64,000 bases of DNA from NCBI GenBank assembly GCA_965248535.1, contig CBDFJR010000005.1:2176001-2240000 (forward strand), written 5' to 3'. A program made the position numbers and the translations under genes. How positions within the stretch are numbered: position 1 is the stretch's first letter; every line of letters begins with the position of its first letter. Source of the DNA: Phormidesmis sp. (GTDB lineage: Bacteria > Cyanobacteriota > Cyanobacteriia > Leptolyngbyales > Leptolyngbyaceae). Shown piece after piece: positions 19,982 to 29,220 of this stretch. Below the pieces are notes generated by a model. The model searched no databases, was not told the DNA's origin, and worked only from the letters and a program-made list of their open reading frames with translations.

Positions 19982-20770
19982 ATGGTGACTCACACGACTG
20001 AGACGGTTCACACGGCTTCTGCCCGATCGTGGGTTTACCAGCCGCCAGCGTCGGCTTATGGTGCTCGGCGCATTTTGGTTAAACCTAACTTGGGCTATCC
20101 TGTTGGGCCGCCTGTGACGGTGAGTATGGAGGTTTTGGGTCACGTCTTAAAGGCGCTGCGTCAAGCTAGCCCTAATGCTGAAATTCTAATCGTAGAGGGG
20201 GTTTGCTCTCCGGTGAGTTTGGCTGACATCGCGGCAAAAAATGGATTTTATGGGCTGCTCGATGAAGGGATGCAGCTTTTAGATGCCGACACGCTGCCGA
20301 TCGTTGAATATACCAATCGATCCCCAAATCCGGTGCGCTTTAGCAAAATGTGGGCCCCTGCTCTACTGCAAGAAGTCGATTGTCGGATTACGATCGGCAC
20401 ACTCAAACGAACGGTCTTGAAAGACGAAGCCTTAATTTCTGCTTCGCTTAAGAATTTATATGGACTGTTTCCGCGATCGAAATATAAAGCTCGTAGCGCC
20501 AACTCACGGGGACAGCTTCATCGCCCCTCAGTGCCCCAAGTGTTGCAGGATGTCTATTTTTGCATCGGGCATCTGTTTGACGGAGCCGTCGTGGATGGCG
20601 ATCGCCGATTAATTAGCCCTGACTGGAAGCCTGATAAAGGTCAGACGGTTGCGTTAGAGAAAGTTTTTTTTGGCGACGATCTGATCTCGGTCGATCGAGT
20701 GGCCTGTCAGACCGCCGGAGAAGAGATTCCGAGTTATTTAGAGGCGATCGAGCAGCTACGATCGTGCTGA
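19982..20770 (+). CDS. DUF362 domain-containing protein
   Basis: ILVKPNLG, IVEGVCS, SLKNLYG, DLISVD motifs. Confidence 0.8.
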   Translation: MVTHTTETVHTASARSWVYQPPASAYGARRILVKPNLGYPVGPPVTVSMEVLGHVLKALRQASPNAEILIVEGVCSPVSLADIAAKNGFYGLLDEGMQLLDADTLPIVEYTNRSPNPVRFSKMWAPALLQEVDCRITIGTLKRTVLKDEALISASLKNLYGLFPRSKYKARSANSRGQLHRPSVPQVLQDVYFCIGHLFDGAVVDGDRRLISPDWKPDKGQTVALEKVFFGDDLISVDRVACQTAGEEIPSYLEAIEQLRSC

Positions 20771-20808
20771 AGAGCGCAGATTAAATCTAGGGGTTATTTG
20801 CAAAGATA

Positions 20809-20835
20809 AAGGGCACAGCGGTGCTATGCCCTTAC
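20809..20835. repeat. REP-like palindrome between convergent genes
   Basis: AAGGGCACAGC-GGT-GCTATGCCCTTAC. Confidence 0.55.
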
Positions 20836-20866
20836 GGGGTTTTACTCAGGATGTGCTCCGTGGAGG

Positions 20867-21605
20867 TTAGGCTGCTACGCCTAGATATTCGGCTAACGCC
20901 TCAGACCCACCGATCAGTTTGCCATCGATAAACACCTGAGGGGCGGTGACGGCTCCGGTGATGGCGCGCAACGCTCTTAAGTTGGCATCGCGACCTAAGA
21001 CAATTTCTTCATAGTCCATGCCGTGGTCAGTCAACATGGCCTTGGCGCGGGCGCAAAACGGACAGCCCTCTTTGACAAACAGAGAGACGACTTTGGGCTT
21101 TTCGGCTTGGGCGTTGATGTAGGCAAGCATCGTGTCAGCATCCGACACTTTAAAAGGGTCGCCTGGCTCTTCTGGCTCGATAAACATTTTCTCGATCAGG
21201 CCATTTTTGACCAGCATTGAATAGCGCCACGATCGCTTGCCAAATCCTAGATCCGACTTTTCGACCAGCATCCCCATGCCTTCGCTAAACTCACCGTTGC
21301 CATCGGGGATCAGGGTGATGTTGTCAGCTTCTTGGCTCTTAGCCCACTCGTTCATCACAAAGGTGTCGTTAACCGACACGCAGAGAATCTCATCAACGCC
21401 GTTGGACTTTGAAGGTTTTTGCCAACTCGTTATAGCCCGGCAAGTGAGTCGATGAGCACGTCGGTGTAAAGGCACCGGGCAACGAAAAAACGACGACCGT
21501 CTTGTTAGAAAACAGTTCATCGGTGGTCAGATCGACCCAGTGATTATTTTGCCGGGTGTGAAAAGTCACGTTAGGAACGCGCTGTCCTTCTCGGTTAGGC
21601 AACAT
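20867..21605 (-). CDS. Hybrid Prx5 peroxiredoxin-glutaredoxin; +1 frameshift in an A run near 21408-21410
   Basis: [10 protein letters not shown] in ORF 21393-21665; [16 protein letters not shown] and glutaredoxin CPFC in ORF 20867-21520. Removing one A gives FKSNGVDE. Confidence 0.88.
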
Positions 21606-21635
21606 AAAAGTTAGCTCCTCGACGGTTACTAGTAG

Positions 21636-21665
21636 AGCGTACTCGTAATGATTATGAGTTGTCAA
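21636..21665 (-). promoter_or_regulatory. Peroxiredoxin promoter with PerR/Fur-type palindrome in the spacer
   Basis: TTGACA-N18-TACGCT; near-perfect palindrome ACTCATAATCATTACGAGT at 21641-21659. Confidence 0.6.
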
Positions 21666-21730
21666 GCGGATAGGAGAGGGTTTTTTGACTAAATCCTGTC
21701 AACAGTCCGAACGTCTTTAAAAATTAATCA

Positions 21731-22687
21731 TCAGTCCGCGATCGTGGATCTCGCTTTGCGAATCGGCAAGATCACCCGACCTGATAGACTCTGAAAATAA
21801 AGGCTGCCGATCGTGATCAAAAACACGCCATAGCCGATCGCCTGCACCAGATAGAGCCGCTGCGTATAGCCAAACAAAGCGTTGAAAATGACCCCAGGAA
21901 AGCGATCGTCGGGCAAGACTTTGCTGGCATTCCACACCATCGGGCCTAAAATGCAATCGCGGTCTTGAGGCTTAGCAAATCGCTCTTGAAAGAAGCACAG
22001 CCCTTCAGATTGGCGATCTAACTGCGCCAGGGTTTGCAAAGCGGTGTCAAAGTGCCCCAACGAGGTGACGACTAAGCCCGACACGATCAGCAGCAGCAAG
22101 GCCCCCATCACCATAAAAAACAGCCGCAGATTGAGCCTAACGCCCCATTTAAACAGCAAGGCTCCAATTCCCGCAGCGACAGCGATGCCGCTTAGTGCGC
22201 CCAAAGCCGGAACTAGACCCTGCTGAAACTTGGCCGCGATAAACAGCACCGTTTCAAACCCTTCTCGCAGCACGGCAAAAAAGATCAGCGCAAAAATGCC
22301 CCACCCAGCCCCGGCTCGATTGCTGAGAGCAGACCCGATCGCGCCCTCAACGTTGGACTTCATCATTCGGGCGTTTTGGGTCATCCACACCAGCATCCAG
22401 CTTAAAAACCCGATCGCCAGTAGGCTAAAAACGGCTTCTAGCAGTGGCTCAATCACCGGAGAATATTTTTGATTGACCGTGCCCAAGTTGGCGATCAGCC
22501 AGCCAAACAACTGCCCAATCACCGCGCTCACAAATAGACCAACGGCGACCCCGCCATAAACCCACGAATTTAAATCGGTCTGCTTGGCTTTTTTGAGATA
22601 AGCCAGCACGATGCCAACAACAAGCGCCGCCTCAACGCCCTCTCGGAGGGTAATCACAAACGTCGGTAATGCAGAACTAAAATCCAT
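21731..22687 (-). CDS. FTR1/EfeU family iron permease
   Basis: Two REGxE motifs (LREGVEA, LREGFET), multiple TM helices. Confidence 0.93.
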   Translation of the reverse strand: MDFSSALPTFVITLREGVEAALVVGIVLAYLKKAKQTDLNSWVYGGVAVGLFVSAVIGQLFGWLIANLGTVNQKYSPVIEPLLEAVFSLLAIGFLSWMLVWMTQNARMMKSNVEGAIGSALSNRAGAGWGIFALIFFAVLREGFETVLFIAAKFQQGLVPALGALSGIAVAAGIGALLFKWGVRLNLRLFFMVMGALLLLIVSGLVVTSLGHFDTALQTLAQLDRQSEGLCFFQERFAKPQDRDCILGPMVWNASKVLPDDRFPGVIFNALFGYTQRLYLVQAIGYGVFLITIGSLYFQSLSGRVILPIRKARSTIAD

Positions 22688-22765
22688 GAGTCGCTGTTAA
22701 GAAGTAGTGGGGTGATTGAACACTGAAGGGACGATCGTTGAGTCCATCCCCTTATTATTGATAGG

Positions 22766-23779
22766 TCAGGAGGATTTTGCAGTCTTCTGAACGGTTTGCT
22801 CGATCGTTTTAATCAGCTTAGAGACTTCGACGGGCGTTTTGACCGGGGCAGATGGAGGTAAGACAGAGGGCCAAACCTTGATTAAATCAGCCATCGTTGT
22901 CTGGATTGTGGTATCTGCTGCGGCTTTGTTTTTTGACATTTGGGGCCCGATCGCTTTATAAAGCTCGCTGGCATAGGTCACAAACCCGCGAGAGTCTTGA
23001 TATTCGATCGCCTGAGCGATCTTGCCATCGGCAACGGCGGCCCCATATTCTGAACTGGCGGTGTCTAATAACCCCGTCACCACTTGCAGCACAAAGTCAG
23101 ATGAGGAGCGCTGAGTGTTGGGCAGGGCCGCGATCGCGCCATCAACTGCTTGCATCGCCGTCTTAAACTCTGTGCCCACTTTGTTAGCATCTTTTGCGCC
23201 CGCCTTGACGGTATCTTGCAGGGCAATCAACGTTGTCTTAAATTCTTTGATGCTGCGCTCGTTGAGTTGGTCTTCGACATCGGCGTAGATCTCTTCAACC
23301 GGGTGCCCAATATGGGGTTCGGCTTGAGCGGGCTTTTGCAGATCTAATAGCTCTTTTGCAACTAGCAGGTGCCCTTTCATTAGCCCTAGCTTGGTCATAT
23401 AGTCTACGTCTTTTGCTTCGCCCGTCAGCTTGATGTCTTCGATCGTCACCAAGTCTTTGATCTGATCAAATTGCCCGGCGGTGATCACCTTTTTAGTGAC
23501 CAATTCATCGACTTTTGCGTAGGGGCGGCTTGCCTGAATGCGGTTAGACAAAGCCGGAACCCCCAGCGTTGCCTCAATTTTGTCTAACTCAGACAGAATT
23601 GCATTGTTGATATTGATCTTGGGCTTGCCGCCGTGCATTGAGTGAGACGACATCTCTGATTGAGCCACAGGACTCACGGGCGCAGACGGGCTTGGCGCAG
23701 AAGTCTGCTGACTGCACGCAATCAACACAGACAAACTGAACGCTGAAACGAACAAAGTGAGGAAACGAAAGACAGACAT
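22766..23779 (-). CDS. Lipoprotein with helix-hairpin-helix-like N-domain and helical putative metal-binding domain
   Basis: Lipobox LIAC; KININNA...RPYAKVDELV; GHLLVA, HIGHPVEEIY, EYQDSRGF. Confidence 0.75.
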   Translation of the reverse strand: MSVFRFLTLFVSAFSLSVLIACSQQTSAPSPSAPVSPVAQSEMSSHSMHGGKPKININNAILSELDKIEATLGVPALSNRIQASRPYAKVDELVTKKVITAGQFDQIKDLVTIEDIKLTGEAKDVDYMTKLGLMKGHLLVAKELLDLQKPAQAEPHIGHPVEEIYADVEDQLNERSIKEFKTTLIALQDTVKAGAKDANKVGTEFKTAMQAVDGAIAALPNTQRSSSDFVLQVVTGLLDTASSEYGAAVADGKIAQAIEYQDSRGFVTYASELYKAIGPQMSKNKAAADTTIQTTMADLIKVWPSVLPPSAPVKTPVEVSKLIKTIEQTVQKTAKSS

Positions 23780-23865
23780 AATCTTATCCAGGTGAGAGCG
23801 GTTTAGGGTTTAGGTCTAACTAAGAGCAAAAGGGGCATCAGAAAATCGGGGCTAGAGAAAATCAC

Positions 23866-23888
23866 TTAATGAAAATAATTGCTATTAA
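23866..23888. promoter_or_regulatory. Fur-box-like operator
   Basis: TTAATGAAAATAATTGCTATTAA imperfect palindrome, nearly identical to the motif at 25076-25094. Confidence 0.6.
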
Positions 23889-23986
23889 TTGAAGTGAGCG
23901 CTATTGTCACCCTTTATGGGAATACTTGTCAATAACTCCTAATTACTTTTCCCTAATTTCTATCGGTTATCTCTAAAAAAGTCGGA

Positions 23987-24994
23987 TTAGGCCTTGTTGC
24001 CAATCACATCAAAAAAACCCATGCAGCCTGCTTCGGCAATGGTGTCTTGGTGCGGATGAAACATGAATTTTCCAGTGTTGTGATAGCTAAATTCAAGAAT
24101 GTGTCGCTCTGCCGTTCCCATTGTGATCACGTCGGTTTCATAACTGGGAGCGAGCGATCGCCCGGTTTGATTAACCCGAAACATATTGGCGTGGAGGTGA
24201 AACGTCGCGACGGGATCAAACTCAATCAGGTTCAGCACATAGAGCCGCACTAGCTGATCTTGCTGAATCGGGATCGGATTTTTCATGTAATAGTGGGGCA
24301 AGCCATTGAAGGCATATAGCTCGTTTTTTTGATCGTCGTTTACGTCATAGCCCGCCATAATCAGCACGATTTCGTCGGCAGGGGGGCGCGGCTGCGGCGG
24401 ATCGATGATAAACATTCCATATAAGCCTTTGCCGATGTGACGAGTCACCGGGGCAACATGGCAATGATAGAGATGCACCCCAAAGGGTTTGGCATCAAAC
24501 TCATAGATCATGACGCTGCCGTTTTTAACGGGCTTAATGCCATCCATATCAGCCGGATGGTCACCGTGAAAGTGCAGCGAGTGGGAGTGTCCAGCCCGGT
24601 TATAAAAAATGACTCGAATCCGATCGCCCTCAGTGGCTCGAAGGGTGGGGCCAGGCACTCGTCCGTTCAGGTTCCAAGTGATGAAGGTGTGAGCGTTGTC
24701 AAGCTTGAGGGTGGAAGTCTGGGCCTCGACTCGAAACTCGCGCACCGTGCGGCCGTTTTCTTGGGTGACCGTGCCATAGTCAAAGTCACGCAAGATGGAC
24801 ATCGGATCGTTGCTCGATCGGGCCTTTTCAACCGAGGGCAATGGCGGAATGATTACGGATGATCGCTCCCGCCCTGCTAAAAACCGAGTCGCAGCGATCG
24901 CGGATGCGGCCACGCCAGCCCCGCCGATCAGCCCCCACTGCAATAATTGACGACGATTAAGGCTGGATTTTTCTAGCCTTTTTTGATTTGACAT
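23987..24994 (-). CDS. Tat-exported two-domain multicopper oxidase (putative ferroxidase)
   Basis: NRRQLL Tat signal; HSLHFHG, HLYHCH, TFHLH, MFHPH copper motifs. Confidence 0.88.
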   Translation of the reverse strand: MSNQKRLEKSSLNRRQLLQWGLIGGAGVAASAIAATRFLAGRERSSVIIPPLPSVEKARSSNDPMSILRDFDYGTVTQENGRTVREFRVEAQTSTLKLDNAHTFITWNLNGRVPGPTLRATEGDRIRVIFYNRAGHSHSLHFHGDHPADMDGIKPVKNGSVMIYEFDAKPFGVHLYHCHVAPVTRHIGKGLYGMFIIDPPQPRPPADEIVLIMAGYDVNDDQKNELYAFNGLPHYYMKNPIPIQQDQLVRLYVLNLIEFDPVATFHLHANMFRVNQTGRSLAPSYETDVITMGTAERHILEFSYHNTGKFMFHPHQDTIAEAGCMGFFDVIGNKA

Positions 24995-25075
24995 CGTGAC
25001 TGACGAGAACAGCGCAAGGGCTGCTCGATCGGCGCTAAGACTTACCTTTAGCAGCATAGAACTTCTGTCAGTTTT

Positions 25076-25094
25076 TAGCAAATATTCTCATTAA
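25076..25094. promoter_or_regulatory. Fur-box-like operator upstream of the multicopper oxidase
   Basis: Minus strand TTAATGAGAATATTTGCTA. Confidence 0.6.
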
Positions 25095-25306
25095 GAGGCG
25101 TTTGCGCAAGAATCTAGCGCAGCATTCGCAGAGAAGCCTTTCTTAACAGCATCCTTTTAAGAATTTGTGGATTTGTGGATTTAATTCTGTCGGTGATTGG
25201 CAAAGATTTGAAATTTAGGGTTCTTCTAATTTCCTCACAAGTTCCTCAACTTCTGTTTTTACACTGTTTGTATAGTCCGTAAACAGATAGACAAGGAGAG
25301 ATTTAT

Positions 25307-25459
25307 ATGGCAGCTTTTAATAAACTTAACGATCTAAAAAAACAGATCGGTTCTGATTCGGCAAGTTGGGGATCTTTGGCAATTCTCGCGATCGGGATCA
25401 TCGTTTTGATGCTGCTAATGGTGTCTTACTCACACGCTGATACAGCCCTTTATCTGTAG
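25307..25459 (+). CDS. 50-aa single-TM small protein
   Basis: AAGGAG SD; MAAFNKLNDLKKQIGSDSASWGSLAILAIGIIVLMLLMVSYSHADTALYL. Confidence 0.65.
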   Translation: MAAFNKLNDLKKQIGSDSASWGSLAILAIGIIVLMLLMVSYSHADTALYL

Positions 25460-25768
25460 ATAAATATGGACTAGATAACACTTGAGCGATCGCTGCTAGC
25501 AGTGGCGCTATAGACTGACGCGATCGTCAAAATCAGTTGCTAAATTCCTGGTCTGTTAGGCAGATAGGATGCAGACTCCACAAGAGACTTGGGTTTTGTG
25601 AAGGAGGCGTTTTGTCTGCCTAATTTCATGGCAAAAATCGGTTAGAAATCCCTGCAAAACTAAGTTTATAAAGATTCGTAAAACTGTCGGGATCTCGATC
25701 GAACTATCTCGTTAGAGGAACTACAGAAAATTAAAAAGCTAATTTTCTAGGACGATTAAATATCCGCT

Positions 25769-28700
25769 TTGTCTTATAAAACGGTTTCTAACTTATTTTT
25801 GACAGATTCCATGAAACGATTACCAGACCTTAGAGGATCTGACTTTTCGGTAACTTCTGATCACACTGATACACGATTGGCTGACATTTTGCTCAGTCTA
25901 TTTCCTGAAGAACGATCGTGGGTTTTAGACTTGAGTCGATCGTTCAAAATTCGCGATATTCAACTGGGCGATGACTTGACTGAACTGTTAAGAAATGAGT
26001 CATCAGACGATCAGCATTTCTCGATCGTGTGTCAGGGTCGCGTGCGGTTGGTCAGCTTTGATCCAGCACATCAGCGAGACGTTCCGGTGGCGCTGCTCGA
26101 AGTTGGAGAAGGTTATGGCGCAGATGGGCAGTTTAGTTCTGATCCGTTGCCCTATCGAGCCATTGCGGCCAGTGCGGGGATGGTGGCTGAGATCCCGATC
26201 GCCGCCTTAGAACCCTGGCTACAACACCATTCTTCTCTGCAAAGTTATTGGCGCGATCGCACCTTAGCTCTACAGCGACTGATTTTCTTTAAGGTTTCGA
26301 CGGCGCTGCGATCGCAGTCTAGCCACGCGCTCAAACAACTGATGCCGTTGTTGACGGAGGTTGAGATTCCGGCTGGGTCGCGGCTAGCTCAAGCAACGCC
26401 TACTGCTGAGGGTCGCTTTTGGCTCCGCAGCGGTCAGATTCACAGTCAAGCTTCGCCCGCGCCAGCGATCGGAGCCGATTGGGGCTATCCCAACGCGATT
26501 CCAGACGACTGGATCGCCACGACTAATCTGTGGGTCTATCACCTCGCGGTGAGTCACTGGGAGACGGCTCAAGCGATTCTTCCGTCGCTAAAACTTGGGT
26601 CATCCCAGGGTGAACCGATCGTGCCTCAACGCAGCCATCAAAGAGCTTCTCGCACGATCTCGCCTCAGTCTCGCTCTGAGACTTCTAGCCGATCGAATTC
26701 GCTTCAGTCACCCTTACCGATTTCAGCCCAGCCAGCCGCGATCGAGTTTGCTAAACCCAGTCAACGTCGCAGATTTGGGCCGTCTTATCCGTTTATTTCG
26801 CAGCAGAGCAGTTCAGACTGCGGGGCGGCTTGTCTGGCGATGATCGCGCAATATTGGGGCAAGCGATTTAGTTTAAATATGCTCAGAAATCTGGCAGGAG
26901 TCGGACGATCGGGGGCATCGCTCAAAAGTCTCGCCCTCGCTGCTGAGAATTTAGGATTTCAGTCACGCCCAGTCCGATCGAGTTTTGGCCGTCTAGCCGA
27001 GCAATCGACCCCCTGGATCGCTCACTGGCAGGGCGATCACTACATTGTGGTCTATCGGGTGAGGCGAAATCGCGTGTTGGTGTCTGACCCGGCCCTGGGG
27101 CGACGATCGCTGACCATTCCCGATTTTCAGGCGAGTTGGACGGGCTATGCGCTGCTGCTCAACCCCACTGAGCTACTACAAGCGATGCCCTCGTCTAAGC
27201 CTTCGTTGGGGCGATTTTTGGGCGCGTTTATGCCCTATCGATCGATGCTGTGGTCGATCATTCTGGCCTCGATCTTGCTGCAAGTGTTTGGCTTAGTTAC
27301 GCCGCTGTTTACGCAGATTATTTTAGATCAGGTGGTCGTTCATAAAAGCTTGCCAACGTTGCAGGTGTTTATTATTGGACTGCTGCTGTTTGGGTTGTGG
27401 CGAATTGGCTTAACGTGCATCCGTCAATATCTATTAGATTTCTTTTCTAATCAGGTCGATTTGACGATGATCAGTAGCTTTATTAGTCACGCGCTTAACT
27501 TGCCTCTTCAGTTTTTTGTAACCCGCCATGTGGGTGACATCATCACACGAGTTCAAGAAAATCACAAGATTCAATTATTTCTAACTCGGCAAGCGGTGAC
27601 TGCGTGGCTAGACGCGATTATGGCGATCTTTTATGTCGGCTTAATGCTGCACTATAACTGGCAGCTAGCCTTGCTGGTGCTGGCATTGCTGCCGCCGATC
27701 GTGATCTTGACGGTGGTCGCGAGTCCGTTTTTGCGACAAACGTCGCGACAGATTTTTCATGAATCTGCTAAACAAAACTCAACGCTGGTAGAAATGCTAA
27801 CTGGGATTGCAACGGTTAAAGCGACAGCATCAGAGCGAGAACTGCGCTGGCAATGGGAAGACGATTTAACAGGATTATTCAACGCTCAATTTCGAGGACA
27901 GAAGCTTGCCAATGGTCTGCAAAGCATTGGAGCACTAATTAATATGCTAGGTAGCACAGCGCTGCTCTGGTATGGGGCAACGCTGGTGATTCAAGATCAA
28001 CTCAGCATTGGTCAATTCGTCGCCTTCAACATGATGATTGGCAGTGTGCTCAATCCGGTATTGTCTTTAGTGGGGCTATGGGATGAGTTTCAAGAAGTGT
28101 TGGTATCGGTTGAGCGATTGGATGATATCTTTAGCGCTGAACCGGAAGAAAGTCCCGATCGCCCGTTGCTCATTCTCCCGCACATCAAGGGCGACGTGAG
28201 CTTTGAAAATCTGACATTTCGCTATAACGCAGACGACGATCGCAACATTCTGCAAACCATTTCTTTTACCGCTCACGCTGGAGACACGATCGCCCTAGTC
28301 GGTCGCAGTGGTTCTGGCAAAAGCACCCTGGCAAACCTGATCCAGGGCTTGTATCAGCCCACCAGCGGACGGATCACGATCGACGGTAATGATCTGCGCC
28401 ATGTGTCTCCGCAATCGCTGCGTCAGCAGTTGGGCATTGTGCCTCAAGAATGCTTTCTGTTTTCGGGCACGATCCTAGACAACATCACCCTTTATCGACC
28501 GCAATATAGTCTCGAAGAAGTCTTAGATGCGGCAAAACTGGCCGAAGCTCACGCATTTATTCAGACGCTGCCGCTGGGATATCACACCAAAGTTGGCGAG
28601 CGAGGCACCTTGCTTTCTGGCGGGCAGAGACAACGCATCGCGATCGCTCGTGCCCTGTTGAGCAATCCGCGCATCCTGATTTTAGATGAAGCCACCAGTT

Positions 28701-28921
28701 CGCTCGATACCGAGTCAGAGCGCCGATTTCAGAAAAATTTGCAGCACATTAGCCGCCACCGCACCACCTTTATTATTGCCCATCGCCTCTCGACCGTTCG
28801 CAGCGCTGACTGCATTTTGGTGCTCGATCGCGGCATCCTCGTCGAGCAAGGCACCCATGATCAGCTTATCGCCAAAGGAGGACTCTATGCTCAACTGGCC
28901 CAACAGCAATTGGATCTTTAA
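25769..28921 (+). CDS. HetC-like peptidase C39-containing ABC transporter with cNMP-binding-like N-terminus
   Basis: QQSSSDCGAAC, HYIVV, SDPA (C39 triad), TM domain, GRSGSGKS, LSGGQRQ, LDEATS; start may be ATG 25811. Confidence 0.9.
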   Translation: MSYKTVSNLFLTDSMKRLPDLRGSDFSVTSDHTDTRLADILLSLFPEERSWVLDLSRSFKIRDIQLGDDLTELLRNESSDDQHFSIVCQGRVRLVSFDPAHQRDVPVALLEVGEGYGADGQFSSDPLPYRAIAASAGMVAEIPIAALEPWLQHHSSLQSYWRDRTLALQRLIFFKVSTALRSQSSHALKQLMPLLTEVEIPAGSRLAQATPTAEGRFWLRSGQIHSQASPAPAIGADWGYPNAIPDDWIATTNLWVYHLAVSHWETAQAILPSLKLGSSQGEPIVPQRSHQRASRTISPQSRSETSSRSNSLQSPLPISAQPAAIEFAKPSQRRRFGPSYPFISQQSSSDCGAACLAMIAQYWGKRFSLNMLRNLAGVGRSGASLKSLALAAENLGFQSRPVRSSFGRLAEQSTPWIAHWQGDHYIVVYRVRRNRVLVSDPALGRRSLTIPDFQASWTGYALLLNPTELLQAMPSSKPSLGRFLGAFMPYRSMLWSIILASILLQVFGLVTPLFTQIILDQVVVHKSLPTLQVFIIGLLLFGLWRIGLTCIRQYLLDFFSNQVDLTMISSFISHALNLPLQFFVTRHVGDIITRVQENHKIQLFLTRQAVTAWLDAIMAIFYVGLMLHYNWQLALLVLALLPPIVILTVVASPFLRQTSRQIFHESAKQNSTLVEMLTGIATVKATASERELRWQWEDDLTGLFNAQFRGQKLANGLQSIGALINMLGSTALLWYGATLVIQDQLSIGQFVAFNMMIGSVLNPVLSLVGLWDEFQEVLVSVERLDDIFSAEPEESPDRPLLILPHIKGDVSFENLTFRYNADDDRNILQTISFTAHAGDTIALVGRSGSGKSTLANLIQGLYQPTSGRITIDGNDLRHVSPQSLRQQLGIVPQECFLFSGTILDNITLYRPQYSLEEVLDAAKLAEAHAFIQTLPLGYHTKVGERGTLLSGGQRQRIAIARALLSNPRILILDEATSSLDTESERRFQKNLQHISRHRTTFIIAHRLSTVRSADCILVLDRGILVEQGTHDQLIAKGGLYAQLAQQQLDL

Positions 28922-29220
28922 TCTCAGAATCTCTAACGTCAGAGCTAATCAATAATAAAATCTGTGAATATTCTCGAATTAGTGATTTGAAGAACACTAC
29001 CATGAAGATCAGAAGTAACGCTACTAAATATTTCTAGCACCAAGATAAGGCAAGTCTAAGACACAGGGGTTACGCTACCAGACTCACTAAATCTCCACAC
29101 CAGCGATCGCTTGTAAAGAACTGTTAAAACGCTTCGATTATATCAAGGCCGTGATTTTTTAATCGGCCCTTGAATCAGTTCTCTAACAAGCGGCTGATCC
29201 TCATACCCCTTTGAACTACC

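Noticed and set aside
29002..29058. Short ORF between the C39 transporter and HlyD as a bacteriocin precursor
   Set aside because: 18 aa, with no double-glycine leader and no clear SD
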